A DNA stretch of 64,000 nucleotides from Ruminococcus sp. (GTDB lineage: Bacteria > Bacillota > Clostridia > Oscillospirales > Ruminococcaceae), in the NCBI GenBank assembly GCA_017470535.1, contig JAFUYP010000014.1, positions 7,761-71,760 of the forward strand, given 5' to 3'. Positions 8,434 to 16,238 of the stretch are shown here, piece by piece; within the stretch, counting starts at the first letter, position 1; every line of letters starts with the position of its first letter. Position numbers and translations under genes: made by a program. The notes below the pieces were generated by a model. The model made no database searches. It was given only the letters and a program-made list of their open reading frames with translations, and was not told the DNA's origin.

Positions 8434-9720
8434 TCAGCTCTTAAAAGTTTTCTCGTATGGTATAAGTCCGTCTACCGGCAGCATTATGTTGCCGTTTTCT
8501 ATCGTGTAGGGAACGACTATCGGATTGCAGCCGCCCTTGAAGCCGATAGTGCTTATGTTCATGACAACGTCACACAGCTTGCATACCACCTGTCCGTCAC
8601 GCTCGTAGTAGCCGGTTTCGCCGCATATGTCGCAGGCATCAAGTCCGATGCCGTATGACTGCGAGTTGGGCTTTTTGATGACTATGAACCTTATATCCAC
8701 CCCTGCCGGAGTAGTGTATGCAAATCTGTGCAGATGCCCGTCCTCCACCTGGTCGGGGGTGACTATGACATTTCCGTCAAGCACCTTGCAGTCCTCGATA
8801 GGCGAAAGCACGACAGGCTTGTTGACATACGGCTTTATCACAAAGAAATTCACAAGTATCATTGCCGCCGTTATGACCGACATAGCTGCCCAGCGCCTGT
8901 TGACTCTCCATTTTTTCTTTATCTTTCTCTTCTGTGCCGGGTTCGAGTAAGGCTCCTTCTGCAAAAAGCTCCTTATCACGATAATGACCGGTATCACAAG
9001 CACGATACCCAACAAAATGTATGTAAACATCATGTCATTGTTAGATGAGAACTTTGCAAGCTCAAAATAGTCTGTATAGTTCGGGTCGGTCGGCATTATC
9101 ATTCTCTTTGACATCATTATCTGCAAGGTCTTGAATATGAGCCTTACACCGACAGTCAGTGTCGCCGCCGCGGCTATGCCGATGCTCTCCCATTTTGAAA
9201 GTCTGAGCATACCTCTGTAAACAGACATCTCGCACAGCAGTATGACTATCACTGCAAGCGCCAAGCCTATCATCTTGAAAAGATAATCCGTAGACATCGC
9301 CGTCTGATCTACGAGCAGTATCGTGTACGGATATGATATAACGTCCGGCATCGAATAAAGCATTATAAGCATTATCATAAACGCCGCAGGCAGCGCTGTG
9401 ACTATACGGGCTGCAAGACCTGCTTTGCCCTTTTGCAGCGGTCTTACGAGCGCCAAAACGAACATCAGCACCACAAACACAGCTGCCGCTATCGTAAATG
9501 ATGTGAATATCCGGTAATTCCAGCCGGAGGTGTCTATCTTTGCGGTGGTGTTTTTCATGTATGCCATGATCGACGCTGTCACCGCACCTGCAAGCACTCC
9601 GATGCCTGCTATAATGTTTCCTGCCCTGCCGAGGAGCGTTTTGGCATAGCCTCTCAGAACGCCTACAAACAGCGCCGCCGACACAAGAGCCTCCACTGAC
9701 AGTGATAAGTATTTGAGCAT
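8434..9720 (-). CDS. DUF2318 multi-TM Fe-S-type membrane protein (FetA-like)
   Basis: About eight TMs, then DACDICG...CKLC...GGCNPI in the C-terminal domain. Confidence 0.88.
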   Translation of the reverse strand: MLKYLSLSVEALVSAALFVGVLRGYAKTLLGRAGNIIAGIGVLAGAVTASIMAYMKNTTAKIDTSGWNYRIFTSFTIAAAVFVVLMFVLALVRPLQKGKAGLAARIVTALPAAFMIMLIMLYSMPDVISYPYTILLVDQTAMSTDYLFKMIGLALAVIVILLCEMSVYRGMLRLSKWESIGIAAAATLTVGVRLIFKTLQIMMSKRMIMPTDPNYTDYFELAKFSSNNDMMFTYILLGIVLVIPVIIVIRSFLQKEPYSNPAQKRKIKKKWRVNRRWAAMSVITAAMILVNFFVIKPYVNKPVVLSPIEDCKVLDGNVIVTPDQVEDGHLHRFAYTTPAGVDIRFIVIKKPNSQSYGIGLDACDICGETGYYERDGQVVCKLCDVVMNISTIGFKGGCNPIVVPYTIENGNIMLPVDGLIPYEKTFKS

Positions 9721-9745
9721 CTTTTTATCTCTCCTTGTTGGTATT

Positions 9746-9870
9746 AAGCATCGCTTTTACAGCAAGCCGAATTTTCAGTTTGCCGTAAAGGCGCTGCTTG
9801 CGTTAGCAATTGCTAATTTGCCTTAAATAACGCACAAATGCGCCGTGACGATATTCTTCGGCACAGCGCA
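9746..9870 (-). other. Two intergenic RNA stem-loops (9746-9799 and 9839-9870) flanking a palindromic box
   Basis: Imperfect inverted repeats whose mismatches mostly become G-U pairs on the minus-strand transcript. Confidence 0.55.
9802..9817. promoter_or_regulatory. GTTAG-N6-CTAAC-type palindrome (GTTAGCAATTGCTAAT)
   Basis: Perfect 14-bp palindrome TTAGCAATTGCTAA; same motif as upstream of FTR1 and the ferredoxin. Confidence 0.6.
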
Positions 9871-9898
9871 GTTATGCAATTTTAGGTGGATTCTTTCA

Positions 9899-10555
9899 TT
9901 ACCACTCCTGAGGAACGTACTTCCAGCCCTCGTACTTAACGCTGAGGTTGCCGTCCTTGAAGTAATCATCAAATGATCCTCCGGGACCTGTCTCTGCGTC
10001 AGTGTGGAGCAGGTAGTTGTTCTCAGCAGGGCTGTGGATAGTAAACTCTACTGTGTATGTATCAGCATCAGGGAGCTTGATGTTAGCGCCATAGTGCGGG
10101 CCGTCGGAAGCACTCATCTCCATGAATGTACCCTCAGCTGCAACGTCGCCGCTCTCCTTTGTGATCTTGTAGTCAATTGTGAGGTAAGGTACCCAGTCAC
10201 CTACACCGAAGCCGAGCTTGTTCTCAAGTGCTGAAACGTCTGCTTCAAGGTGAATGTTGTAGTCCTCGATGCTGTTGCCGTCTGTCATAGGAACAGGCTG
10301 GAAGTATACAGCGGATACGTTTAAGAATCCTACCTCCTGATCCTCGAAGATCGGGTACTCAGTAAAGCCTGCACCGTCACCCTCGGGAGATGCCTTAGCA
10401 TCGTCCTTGACGTCAGCGGAAGCTGCGTCTGCCTTTGATGCTGTTGTAGCAGCAGAGCTGTCTGCCTTGCTGCTTGAATCGGAATTGCCGCACGCTGCAA
10501 GGCTCATAGCCATCATAGCAGCGAGGGAAATGCCTACTATCTTCTTCTTTGTCAT
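9899..10555 (-). CDS. P19/FetP/Tpd-family iron-binding lipoprotein
   Basis: Lipobox LAAC; AVYFQPV, IHLEAD, WVPYL, M-x-ASDGPHYGANIK and LHTD Cu/Fe ligand motifs. Confidence 0.93.
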   Translation of the reverse strand: MTKKKIVGISLAAMMAMSLAACGNSDSSSKADSSAATTASKADAASADVKDDAKASPEGDGAGFTEYPIFEDQEVGFLNVSAVYFQPVPMTDGNSIEDYNIHLEADVSALENKLGFGVGDWVPYLTIDYKITKESGDVAAEGTFMEMSASDGPHYGANIKLPDADTYTVEFTIHSPAENNYLLHTDAETGPGGSFDDYFKDGNLSVKYEGWKYVPQEW

Positions 10556-10629
10556 ATCATTTTCCTCCTTCTAAATATTAACAAAGTGGTTTTTTCTGTA
10601 TATTACCCTTTTCAGGGGGATATAAAGAC

Positions 10630-12252
10630 TTATTTAGCTTTTGCCTTTTCTTTTTTCTTTTTGGGCTTAGGCTTGCCCTCCTCCTCAAACTGCTCCTGCG
10701 TCTGAGTCAGATAGTGTATGCCTTCAAGTATTCCGACAAGTGCCGGGATACCGCTCCAGCAGAACAGGAAATAAAGCATTCCTCTGCCGTACTTGCCCCT
10801 GTAAAACTTGTGAAGTCCGAGAGAACCGAACACTATCGCTACAAGTCCGCACTCTATGTGAGAGTTTCTCTGCCACTTCTGTATCACGAATATCGTGACA
10901 GTCAGAAGAATAAGGATCAGCTGCGGAATGAGCGTTTCAAATACAGGGTAGATCCCCAGTACATCAAGTGTGTCATTGAAAGGTATTATGCTTTGCAGCC
11001 ATTCGGGTGATGTCATATCTATAACGTCGCCCTCGATAAGCTCCTTGATACCCGACCCCAGGAAGGATATGCTCATTATGAACATCAGTATGCTCGTACC
11101 CAGGAAGAACGGTCTTAAAGGTATCTTGATGCTCAGGAACCTTATCGCCAGGAACACCACTGCCAGCACGACGCAGCCTACACCGAAGCCGCCCCACACA
11201 TAGCTTGTGCTCGATGAATCATTTATAAGCGGCTGGTAGAAAAGTATCACCTCAGCGCCCTCTCTGAACACCGCTAAGAAAGCTGTGAACCCGAGTGTGA
11301 AAGCACTGCCTGTTTCAGCAGATTCCTTTACCTGATCGTCGATGTATTTGTTCCAGGCATCAGCCTCAGCCTTTGATACCATCCAGTTTGAAACGTAGAA
11401 CAGTACCACGACCGCCAGAAGTGCCGTAACGCCCTCGATTATCTCCTGATTTGCGGTATTTGCAAGTTTGAGCCTGTCAAGCAGCCATGCGCTCAGGAAG
11501 CTCGCTGCTATCGCAAGCACGCAGCCTGCATATACGACCTTGAGCTTGCCCTTGTGACCGGATTTTATCAGGTATGCGATTATCGCACCGACTACCAGTA
11601 TAGCTTCAAGACCCTCACGGAGTATGATCCCGAAGCATGAGAAGAATGTCACTGCTCCGCTCGTGCCCGATGACCCCGGGCCTACCACGCTGCCGCTTGA
11701 TGAAGACTTGCTCCCGCTTTTTTCCTCCGTGCTGCCGGTCTGTGCCTTTGTACCGTCAGCAGCTATGCCGCTTTCGCCGTCATCACCGTTGCCGTCAAGG
11801 TGGTTCGCCTGCGAGTGAAGTATCTCGCTGAGCTTTATAAACTCCTCTATTATCCCGTCAAGATCAGCTTCGGAAGTACCTGCCTTTACAGTCTTTCTCG
11901 CTGTCTTGAACTGTAACTCTGCCTTGCTGACCTCCGAGCCGGAGTAGCCGTTTACGTTTCTTTCAAAGCCCGATGTTTCATAGTAGAAATTGTATATCGC
12001 TACTGCTGCATCGTACGCCTTTTCGTAGTCGCCCTCCTTGTAAAGCTCGATAGACGCTATCATTACATCATCTATCGCATTTGCGACATCGTTCCAGCTT
12101 TCCGCCGCACCGCCGTTATCGGTGTACTCCGTCCACGAGCCGTAGTAATCCACCGCGCTCGCCCTGAGCGTCGTAAACGCCGACGACAGCATCAGCAGTA
12201 CCGCTGCAAACAGCGCAAACACCGTCAGCCTTTTATGCCCCGTCAAAGACAT
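10630..12252 (-). CDS. FTR1/FetM-family iron permease with C-terminal TM2 (NINE) domain
   Basis: Signal peptide, extracytoplasmic helical domain, two REGxE motifs (REGLE, REGAE), and C-terminal FGSLGLHKFYRG...LFCWSGIP. Confidence 0.92.
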   Translation of the reverse strand: MSLTGHKRLTVFALFAAVLLMLSSAFTTLRASAVDYYGSWTEYTDNGGAAESWNDVANAIDDVMIASIELYKEGDYEKAYDAAVAIYNFYYETSGFERNVNGYSGSEVSKAELQFKTARKTVKAGTSEADLDGIIEEFIKLSEILHSQANHLDGNGDDGESGIAADGTKAQTGSTEEKSGSKSSSSGSVVGPGSSGTSGAVTFFSCFGIILREGLEAILVVGAIIAYLIKSGHKGKLKVVYAGCVLAIAASFLSAWLLDRLKLANTANQEIIEGVTALLAVVVLFYVSNWMVSKAEADAWNKYIDDQVKESAETGSAFTLGFTAFLAVFREGAEVILFYQPLINDSSSTSYVWGGFGVGCVVLAVVFLAIRFLSIKIPLRPFFLGTSILMFIMSISFLGSGIKELIEGDVIDMTSPEWLQSIIPFNDTLDVLGIYPVFETLIPQLILILLTVTIFVIQKWQRNSHIECGLVAIVFGSLGLHKFYRGKYGRGMLYFLFCWSGIPALVGILEGIHYLTQTQEQFEEEGKPKPKKKKEKAKAK

Positions 12253-12275
12253 TGTGATTGCCTCCCATGATTATA

Positions 12276-12432
12276 ATTAGTTTCAGATAACCGGCACACT
12301 TTAAAAAAACCGTGACCACGGCAGCAATAAAGAGTTATCACAGCACAGAGATTAGCTTATTCTAACTCATGCGTGATAAAAAAGCCATATCCCACACAGG
12401 ATAGAGCCTTTATAAGGTTAGCATATTGTAAC
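12276..12432. promoter_or_regulatory. Three GTTAG-N6-CTAAC-like boxes in the FTR1 leader (12276-12291, 12351-12366, 12417-12432)
   Basis: ATTAG-TTTCAG-ATAAC, ATTAG-CTTATT-CTAAC, GTTAG-CATATT-GTAAC. Confidence 0.65.
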
Positions 12433-12448
12433 TCATTCGCCGATATAT

Positions 12449-12477
12449 ATTATATTTTATCTGCCGTGATATGTCAA
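12449..12477 (-). promoter_or_regulatory. Sigma-A promoter of the iron operon
   Basis: Minus strand TTGACA-17 nt-TATAAT, a perfect consensus. Confidence 0.85.
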
Positions 12478-12555
12478 GGGAGTTCAAAATTTGTTTACAG
12501 CGATTTGTTATTTTTCATCAATATATAACATATGCCGCATAAACTTTTAATACAA

Positions 12556-12571
12556 ATTAGCTATAACTAAC
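12556..12571. promoter_or_regulatory. Fourth GTTAG-N6-CTAAC-like box, upstream of the iron-operon promoter
   Basis: ATTAG-CTATAA-CTAAC. Confidence 0.6.
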
Positions 12572-12639
12572 TACTGTATACCCACGCCCGAATGGGCATA
12601 CATCTCCGCAGGCGATACATCAACTGTTAATTATTAACT

Positions 12640-12671
12640 AAAAAATCCGCAGCCCTCACCGAGCTGCGGAT
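12640..12671 (-). terminator. Intrinsic terminator of the padR-pspC operon
   Basis: 9-bp stem ATCCGCAGC/GCTGCGGAT followed by a U-tract on the minus strand. Confidence 0.8.
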
Positions 12672-12677
12672 ACTTGA

Positions 12678-12884
12678 TCACTCTATCAGAGAATTTTTAT
12701 CCGGCAGTATTATCGCTGCCACAATGTATGCAAGCAAGCCCGAGCCCCACATACACGCTACCAGTACAGTCGCTATCCTTACCAGACTTACATCTGCGTT
12801 GAAATACTCTGCAAGCCCCTGGCATACGCCGCATATCATCTTTTTGTCACTTACCTTGTAAAGCCTTTTGCCGTTCATTTTCAT
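12678..12884 (-). CDS. pspC: PspC domain protein
   Basis: KRLYK...KMICGVCQGLAEYF...AYIVAAIILP. Confidence 0.92.
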   Translation of the reverse strand: MKMNGKRLYKVSDKKMICGVCQGLAEYFNADVSLVRIATVLVACMWGSGLLAYIVAAIILPDKNSLIE

Positions 12885-12893
12885 CTTCCTTTC

Positions 12894-13784
12894 TTACTCA
12901 AAGTATACGTCTGCGTCACCGACGCCCATGTCAATAACTATGTTGTAGTGTTCTCCTGTTGACTCGCTGCCACCGCCGTGAACGTCAGCACCGCCGTCAA
13001 CATCGTAATCATCCGAGCTGCCGATAACAGTCAGCTTCAAGTCGCCCACGCCGCATTCGGCATCAACGTCGCCCATTTTACCCTTGATGTCAGCACTGCC
13101 GACACCGCCGTCAAGATCGACCTTTCCAAGCTCTTCGCCGTTTACCTTCACTTCTCCGGCACCCATGTCAATGTCGGTCTTCTGAGCATACAAGCCGTCG
13201 ATAGTTACTTCTCCTGCGCCTGAATCAACGTTGAATTCCCTGCACTTAGGATCTTTGATGATAAGCTCACCTGCACCGCCGTCAATGTCGATGCTGTTAT
13301 ATTCCTTGCCTGGGATAGTGATAGTTGCTTCTACATTGCTGTTAAACGAGAGTATCCCCTTGAAGATCGAGCCGTCCTTCCCGGACGCCATTCTCTTGAA
13401 GTTTCGGTCAAATTCGGAGAAATTCCTGAAATCAAAGCCGAAAAAGAATCCTCCCGATTGCTGCACTATCTTCAGCTTGCCGTCATCGTTTTTTATGCCT
13501 ATCTCGTCAGGCTCGCCGTTTTTGATGTCAGCTGTCACCTCTTTGGCATTCTCATCAAAGACTATGCTGAATTTCCCGGCACCCGTGTCTATCTCTACCT
13601 CGTCAAAATCCGTTGTGCTGTAACTCTTTGAAAAATCCTCTTCCTTTATCTCGTCCTTGAATTTTGAAACGTCCAGTCCTGCTGTCAGCACCACGCCGAG
13701 TATTACTATAAGTATACCCGTTATAAGTATCGTAAGACCTACCGTTACTCTTGTATTCTTTTTCTTATCGTAATCGTACTGCAT
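12894..13784 (-). CDS. DUF4097 (Toastrack) beta-strand repeat protein
   Basis: N-terminal TM; repeated D-x-G-A/V-G-E/D units. Confidence 0.85.
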   Translation of the reverse strand: MQYDYDKKKNTRVTVGLTILITGILIVILGVVLTAGLDVSKFKDEIKEEDFSKSYSTTDFDEVEIDTGAGKFSIVFDENAKEVTADIKNGEPDEIGIKNDDGKLKIVQQSGGFFFGFDFRNFSEFDRNFKRMASGKDGSIFKGILSFNSNVEATITIPGKEYNSIDIDGGAGELIIKDPKCREFNVDSGAGEVTIDGLYAQKTDIDMGAGEVKVNGEELGKVDLDGGVGSADIKGKMGDVDAECGVGDLKLTVIGSSDDYDVDGGADVHGGGSESTGEHYNIVIDMGVGDADVYFE

Positions 13785-13789
13785 TTCTC

Positions 13790-14446
13790 TTACCTCCCTG
13801 CCGGCTGTGCCTTGCTGCTCGTCAGCTTTTTAACTGCACTTACAACGGTGCCGACTATCTTGGGTACAAGCCCTATGAGCCACTTTATCAACGGGAATAC
13901 CAGCAATATATCAATGCTTATCAGTATAAGCCCTGCGCCTATGAAAATAAGCGCAAACTGCGGGACCGAAAACAGCCCTGCGATACCGAATGCCAGCAGA
14001 CCTGCACCTGCTGCCGTAACACCGACGGTCAGCCCGAACATTGTACCTATCAGCCCGACCGTAACACCGAACAGCGTCCCCAATACGCCTACCCACAGCG
14101 GAAAAGTAAGTACGACTATGATTATTATGATCACTATGTTGTTGTTATTCTTTGCATTCTGAGCGCCGCTGTCGATGACCTCTGCCTGCGGCGGCGGAGT
14201 CTGACCGGGAGATACCACATCATCTATCATATACTGCGGTCTGCCGTCGGGTTCAACACCATTGTCAACAAGTATCTGCCTTGCTATGTCCTCGGGCGAG
14301 CCGAGATCGTCTATGATCTTCTGCTCCTCTATCGGGCCTGCCTCATCAAAAAGCTCCTCGTAATACCTGAGCGCATCGTCTCTCTCCTCGCTGCTAAGCC
14401 GAGATAACCGGCTCTCAAGAGCGTCCATAAATTCCAATCTGTTCAT
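13790..14446 (-). CDS. DUF1700 (HAAS) membrane protein
   Basis: MNRLEFMDALESRL...YYEELFDE...LGSPEDIA followed by TM helices. Confidence 0.88.
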   Translation of the reverse strand: MNRLEFMDALESRLSRLSSEERDDALRYYEELFDEAGPIEEQKIIDDLGSPEDIARQILVDNGVEPDGRPQYMIDDVVSPGQTPPPQAEVIDSGAQNAKNNNNIVIIIIIVVLTFPLWVGVLGTLFGVTVGLIGTMFGLTVGVTAAGAGLLAFGIAGLFSVPQFALIFIGAGLILISIDILLVFPLIKWLIGLVPKIVGTVVSAVKKLTSSKAQPAGR

Positions 14447-14466
14447 ACCTTTTCTCCTCCGTCACC

Positions 14467-14772
14467 CTAAGTTTCAAGTATACTGTCTATCATCTCTTTA
14501 TGATTCTTCCAGTCTTGCCTGTACTCCTCAAGCGCCTTTATGCCTGCGGCCGTAACTCTGTAATAGCGCCTGTTCCTTCCCATATACTCCTTGTCATACG
14601 TTTCAAGCAGCTGCCCCTTTTGCAGTCTTCTCAGTACCGGGTATAGCGTTGATTCGCTGACATCTGCGACCTCTCTGAGGTTTCTTGTTATCTCATAGCC
14701 GTAGGTGTCCTCTTTCATCACTATCGCCAGTACCATAGAATCAAGCAGCGCCGCACTAATCGGAAACCCCAT
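14467..14772 (-). CDS. PadR-family transcriptional regulator
   Basis: TYGYEI, SESTLYPVLRRL, GRNRRYYRVT. Confidence 0.93.
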   Translation of the reverse strand: MGFPISAALLDSMVLAIVMKEDTYGYEITRNLREVADVSESTLYPVLRRLQKGQLLETYDKEYMGRNRRYYRVTAAGIKALEEYRQDWKNHKEMIDSILET

Positions 14773-14824
14773 TGCATAACCTCCTTTTCCAATCAGTATT
14801 TTTCATAGCCTTGCTGTTTCCTTG

Positions 14825-14858
14825 ATAATATTATACGACATATAATATTATTTGTCAA
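14825..14858 (-). promoter_or_regulatory. padR promoter overlapped by an 11-bp inverted repeat (candidate PadR operator)
   Basis: TTGACA(14858-14853)-17 nt-TATAAT(14835-14830); ATAATATTATA-CGACA-TATAATATTAT at 14825-14851. Confidence 0.75.
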
Positions 14859-14894
14859 TACAATATCGCAAAAATTATAATATTTGTGGAAATA

Positions 14895-15024
14895 CAATAA
14901 CACTCCGCCCAAAATCGTCCATCTGCTTGTGCATTTTTTCCTTTAAACGGTGTATATTTTTCAATTTTCTGTCAAGAATAATCGCAAAGGCAATGGCGTA
15001 AGCCGGTGGCTCGGCGGTGTTGCC
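14895..15024. repeat. Decayed copy of the MITE family
   Basis: The right end GGCGTAAGCCGGTGGCTCGGCGGTGTTGCC differs at two positions from the 16067-16238 element end. The left part is degenerate and its boundary approximate. Confidence 0.6.
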
Positions 15025-15067
15025 CAAATACCTGCAAAAGACAGGTAAATGAAAGGATAGATGACAA

Positions 15068-15784
15068 ATGAACAAGCTAAGAAGGATCAAAAAGGTGCTT
15101 GGCACAAGGGGGCTGTATATCACAGCAGCGCTGAGCCTTACGGTAATGGCAGGCGCATGCGTGTTTGCCTATAACAAGGCAATGGACGAGGTCGGTCAGA
15201 GCTTTGAGCTGAATATCCCCGAAAAGACCATCACCGAGCAGGCAGAAGCCAAAAAGTCAGACGTCACAAAGCCTGACACAAAGACCGACAAGACAAAAAC
15301 GCAAAGCGATACCGACAAGACCGATGATGAAAAGGTAAATACAAAGGACCAGGCGCTCAACACCCAGCCCAACATCATGCCTGTAAACGGCGAGATAATA
15401 AACACTTTCAGCGGCGGTGAGCTTGTCAAGAGCGACACCTTAGGCGTCTGGAAGACCCACGACGGAGTTGACATAAAGGCAGACAAGGGCACAGCCGTCA
15501 AAGCTATGAATCAGGGCGTAGTTTCTAAGGTATGGGAGGATACTCTCTGGGGCTACTGCGTGACTATCGACCACGGAAACGGAATAGAGGGTCATTATTA
15601 TTCGCTTACAAGTGCTGTCGCAGTCGTTGAGGGCGACGAGGTGAATTCGGGCGATGTGATAGGCTATACCGGTGAGAGTGCGATAGTTGAGAACACCTTA
15701 GGCGCACACCTGCACTTTGCCTTAAAGCAAAACGGCAGCTGGATAGATCCCATAGCCTATATAAATCCCCTTGGGATAAAGTAA
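15068..15784 (+). CDS. M23 (LytM) peptidase, SpoIIQ-like
   Basis: N-terminal TM, low-complexity linker, HDGVD and HLHF zinc motifs. Confidence 0.85.
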   Translation: MNKLRRIKKVLGTRGLYITAALSLTVMAGACVFAYNKAMDEVGQSFELNIPEKTITEQAEAKKSDVTKPDTKTDKTKTQSDTDKTDDEKVNTKDQALNTQPNIMPVNGEIINTFSGGELVKSDTLGVWKTHDGVDIKADKGTAVKAMNQGVVSKVWEDTLWGYCVTIDHGNGIEGHYYSLTSAVAVVEGDEVNSGDVIGYTGESAIVENTLGAHLHFALKQNGSWIDPIAYINPLGIK

Positions 15785-15792
15785 CTTTCCTG

Positions 15793-15821
15793 TTGACAAA
15801 TCCCTCGTTTAGTAGTATAAT
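15793..15821 (+). promoter_or_regulatory. Sigma-A promoter of the 49-aa peptide gene
   Basis: TTGACA-17 nt-TATAAT, a perfect consensus. Confidence 0.8.
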
Positions 15822-15848
15822 ATAAAAAACTAAATCGGGAGTGATAGC

Positions 15849-15998
15849 ATGAAAGGTTATTCGCAAAGACGTTCATTCTGGGCGCTCATAGGCGCTTTAC
15901 TGCTGGTCGTAGCATCTACGGCACTGTTCGTATACAGGTATCTTGATGACAAGGCTCACTACGAAAAGTGGAAGGACTACGACGAATGTGGGATATAA
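15849..15998 (+). CDS. 49-aa single-TM small protein (not in the ORF track)
   Basis: MKGYSQRRSFWALIGALLLVVASTALFVYRYLDDKAHYEKWKDYDECGI; GGGAG RBS, own promoter and downstream hairpin. Confidence 0.8.
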   Translation: MKGYSQRRSFWALIGALLLVVASTALFVYRYLDDKAHYEKWKDYDECGI

Positions 15999-16020
15999 AA
16001 GCTCAGTTATCCAAGAGTAA

Positions 16021-16059
16021 AAGACCTCCGTACTGCGATATTTGCAGTATGGAGGTCTT
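16021..16059. terminator. Stem-loop terminator between the small-protein and GGDEF genes
   Basis: 16-bp stem AAGACCTCCGTACTGC/GCAGTATGGAGGTCTT. Confidence 0.75.
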
Positions 16060-16066
16060 ATATTTA

Positions 16067-16238
16067 GGCAACACCGCCGGGCCATTGTATGCCAGATACG
16101 CAGTCAGATTTTTCGTCAGATCGCCTAAATTTACCGCAGGAATACTGTCGTATTTCAAGGTAAATTTGGGCGATATGACGGAAAATATGCAAGTAGATGG
16201 CATACAAAGGCGTATGCCGGTGGCCCGGCGGTGTTGCC
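16067..16238. mobile_element. 172-bp MITE-like palindromic element
   Basis: Perfect 18-bp TIRs GGCAACACCGCCGGGCCA, TTTA direct repeats on both flanks (16063-16066, 16239-16242), long internal imperfect hairpin. Confidence 0.8.

Noticed and set aside
12276-12571. Possible CRISPR-like or Fur-box array
   Set aside because: The repeats are 16-bp degenerate palindromes with irregular spacing, there are no cas genes, and they do not match the Fur consensus.
16067-16238. Possible 6S RNA or other structural ncRNA
   Set aside because: Perfect TIRs, a 4-bp flanking duplication and related copies elsewhere in the window favour a MITE. No dedicated promoter was seen.
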